A stretch of DNA of 63,709 nt, filler included, from Reclinomonas americana ATCC 50394 (Eukaryota): NCBI GenBank assembly GCA_048213135.1. It is 10 parts of 10 records of this genome, joined end to end, with 100 filler letters (N's around TTAATTAATTAA, not from the genome) between each part and the next. Parts side by side here need not be neighbours in the genome. Positions count along the whole stretch, not along the records: positions 61,163 to 63,709 come from AFZH01017149.1; 9 more parts are not named here. One strand, given 5' to 3'. Below are positions 61,400 through 63,709 of the stretch, in pieces. Both the position numbers and the translations under genes were made by a program. Position 1 is the first letter of the stretch. Each line of letters starts with the position of its first letter. The notes beneath the pieces are model-generated. The model made no database searches. It saw only the letters and a list, made by a program, of their open reading frames with translations, and was not told the DNA's origin.

Positions 61400-63709
61400 A
61401 ACGCTCGTACTGCGGTGGTCCCTCGATCTCCTCGGTGCCCGGCTTGATGCGGCCAGTGATTTCACCAGAGAGGAACCGCTGCAGATACTGCTCGCGATCT
61501 CGCTTGTACAAGTTGTCAAACTTGGAGAAGCGCGCGCGGAACTCCTCGCACTTGACCACGGTCTCGTCGAGCAGCTCCAGCACTTCCTTGCGCTGGCGCG
61601 TCAGAGACTCGTCGGCGGCAATCTCCTCCACGTAGTCTGCGAAAAACACACGTGAGACATTTGATAAGTCAACCTCTCACTGCCACCGCTCCACTCACCC
61701 TCACGCGGGTTGTCCAGGCGGTTGACAAAGGCGGCCAGCTTGTACGCCGTGTCGACCCAGCCGGTGACGCGGTCTTGCAGTGAGCCAGGGCCACCGCGGA
61801 TGGACGGCGAGTACCGCATGTCGTTGCCGAGGAGTTGGAGGGTGAGGGAGGTGAGTGGGCGAGCCTTGCGCTTGGCCAGCTCAGCCTCGCTCTTGCGCAC
61901 AACCACCATGCTCTTGATGAGGAAGTCGAGCGCCGAGTTGATGGCGGCGTGCACGCCGATCGACACAATCTGGTTGACGTAGTCGACGTATGCGCGCCAA
62001 TGCTCGCTGGAGCGGCTCGCCTCGAGCTTCTGGCACGACATGGACATGAGCTTGTGAATCTTGTGGCCCTGGTCAACTGCGAAAGGGTCAGCACCGGGTG
62101 ACAGCATACACGAGAAAAAGAACGCAGCACCAACCAATGTCGTTGGTGTCGGTGATTTCCGGTGTGCTCTTTTGGCGCCAGCGAGAGAACACTTGCTGGG
62201 AGAGCGGAATGCTCGACGATGCAGCACCGCTATCGTCCTCCTCGGCGCGTGCCGGGCGCCAGAATGTCACCACACCGACCAAACGACCCTGCAGCAGACC
62301 AACACTGTCAGCTCGCCAACATTACTTTACAAGTCTCGGTGAATGTCTCGCGAACGCACCTTGCCGCCGGTCTGAGCCGCACCCTCGGTCGATGCCGCAG
62401 CATCGCTGCGAGAGTCACCCGAGCGAGTGATGACCTTGGTGAGATCGAGCCAACCCGTGAGAATCTTCTCAATGCTCTTGACGTTGCCCTTGATGAAGTT
62501 GAGGCGGCCGTACAGATCCTTCACGACGTCACGCGACTGCTCAATGAACGGCAGGATGCCTTCGTCGTGCCACGTCAGGCGCACAATGCCGTCCTCCATC
62601 ACACGGTTGATGGAATCCAGGCGCTGTTGCACCAGCGGGCGCTCCACCTCCAGCATCGTGCGCATAATGGTGTTGTACTGCACGTGAAGGGAGAGGAGAT
62701 TAGGGGAAGCGGGGGGAAGAGAGCAAAGAAACTGGGGGAAAAGACACCAACCTGGCCAACAACCAGCTGCAGGTTGCTAATGTACACTCGGTACATGTCC
62801 TTGTCCTGGTAGATCTTGCTGGCCGTGTCGGGCACTTTCATGTCCAGCACAGCGAGGTACTTGACCTCTTGCATGCACGACGACAAGGCCTGGTCAAAGT
62901 TGACCGCCAGCACGACGCCGTTCCTGCAGCAGCAACAACAACACCGTGAGCGAGGAGAAGAGGGGAAAGACCGAGCAAGCACACGACAAGACTCTCACCG
63001 CTTCAGCAGATTCTCGTTCAGCTTGTCGAGCGAGACCTGGTCGACTTCGGACGACCACGCCTCGAACACGTCGGCGACGAATTGGTTGAGCACGCGCACC
63101 AGCTGCTGGTACTTGTCCATGACCTCCACTCCCTCCTCCGACTCGAGGAGATCAGCGCGCAGCACCTTGAACTTCTCCATCGGGTACGAGATGCGGTCCA
63201 TCAGACCCTTGCTCCACGACAGTGTGCCGGCCACACGCGGCAAGTTGTTCAGCACTGGTGGGTTGTCCTTGTGCTCCGTGACGTACGTGGTGACCTCGTC
63301 CAAGTCGGCATTGTACATGGACAACAGGTCGACGTAGCGATTCTGCAGCTCCAGTCGCACGGCCTCGCGAGTGCCCTGCGCCTCAAACGTCTCCAGCACC
63401 TTGAAGGCGGCCACGGGAGTTGAAATGTCCTCGAAAGCCTTGGCAATGACGTAGCTGCGCAGAACAGAATGGATGAGCACCCAACGGACGCATCCCTCCT
63501 TCGCCCAACATGCTCACACACTCACCACAACCGGCGGTCAAAGTCCTTGGTCTTCGAGCAGTACAACAAAAAGTCGTTTTCGAATTGCACAGCGTCCAGA
63601 TCGAACAGCTCGTAGTCGGCATCCTCAAACTTCTTGTACAGGTCGAGGAACTCGTTGTACACGGCCTCGATCATGCGGCGCAGGCGATCGCCACGGCCAC
63701 CGCCCGTCT
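61400..63709 (-). CDS. Axonemal dynein heavy chain N-terminal (tail) fragment; likely the same gene as 57634-61000
   Basis: NLPRVAGTLSWSKGLMDRISYPM, LAVNFDQAL..EVKYL, YNTIMRTMLEVERPLV, WRAYVDYV; same strand and correct N-to-C order relative to the other fragment. Confidence 0.9.

Noticed and set aside
1..63709. Alternative genetic code or stop-codon readthrough
   Set aside because: In-frame stops in the ORF track fall inside predicted introns, and TAA, TAG and TGA all terminate conserved genes.
1..63709. Prokaryotic operons, defence systems, rRNA/tRNA genes or transposases
   Set aside because: Genes are spliceosomal-intron-containing eukaryotic genes; I saw no RNA gene or transposase signature by eye, and no covariance search could be run.

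Overview
Eukaryotic, intron-rich and very gene-dense DNA from a flagellated microbial eukaryote (axonemal dynein, radial-spoke head and SPATS1-like genes). The lineage cannot be identified from sequence alone. Ten contigs are joined by nine identical 100-nt N/TTAATTAATTAA linkers. I built gene models by hand, splicing exons across short introns (mostly about 55-90 nt). Recognisable genes: ARMT1/DUF89, PEX12, ZCCHC8, thioredoxin, WD40, PHGDH, two purple acid phosphatases, Tudor-SN, MOSC/mARC, RSPH4/6, SPATS1, strumpellin, four GLYAT/FR47-like GNATs, RETSAT-like, cap N7 methyltransferase, OPRTase-like and two dynein heavy-chain pieces. Two observations stand out. (1) A large second class of 5' splice sites, GTT(G/A/T)(C/T)G(T/C), has the conserved G at +6 instead of +5 and, in every case I checked, follows a non-G exon end; this points to shifted-register donor recognition as a mainstream mechanism. 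(2) An ammonium transporter (Amt) is fused in frame to a class III adenylate cyclase with an RRxS-rich tail, a candidate ammonium-sensing receptor cyclase. Also notable are a secreted SxxK/SxN/KxG beta-lactamase-fold protein, a PD-(D/E)xK effector-like gene, a CCCH-vWA protein and a peroxisomal GNAT array. All exon boundaries are inferred and lack transcript support.
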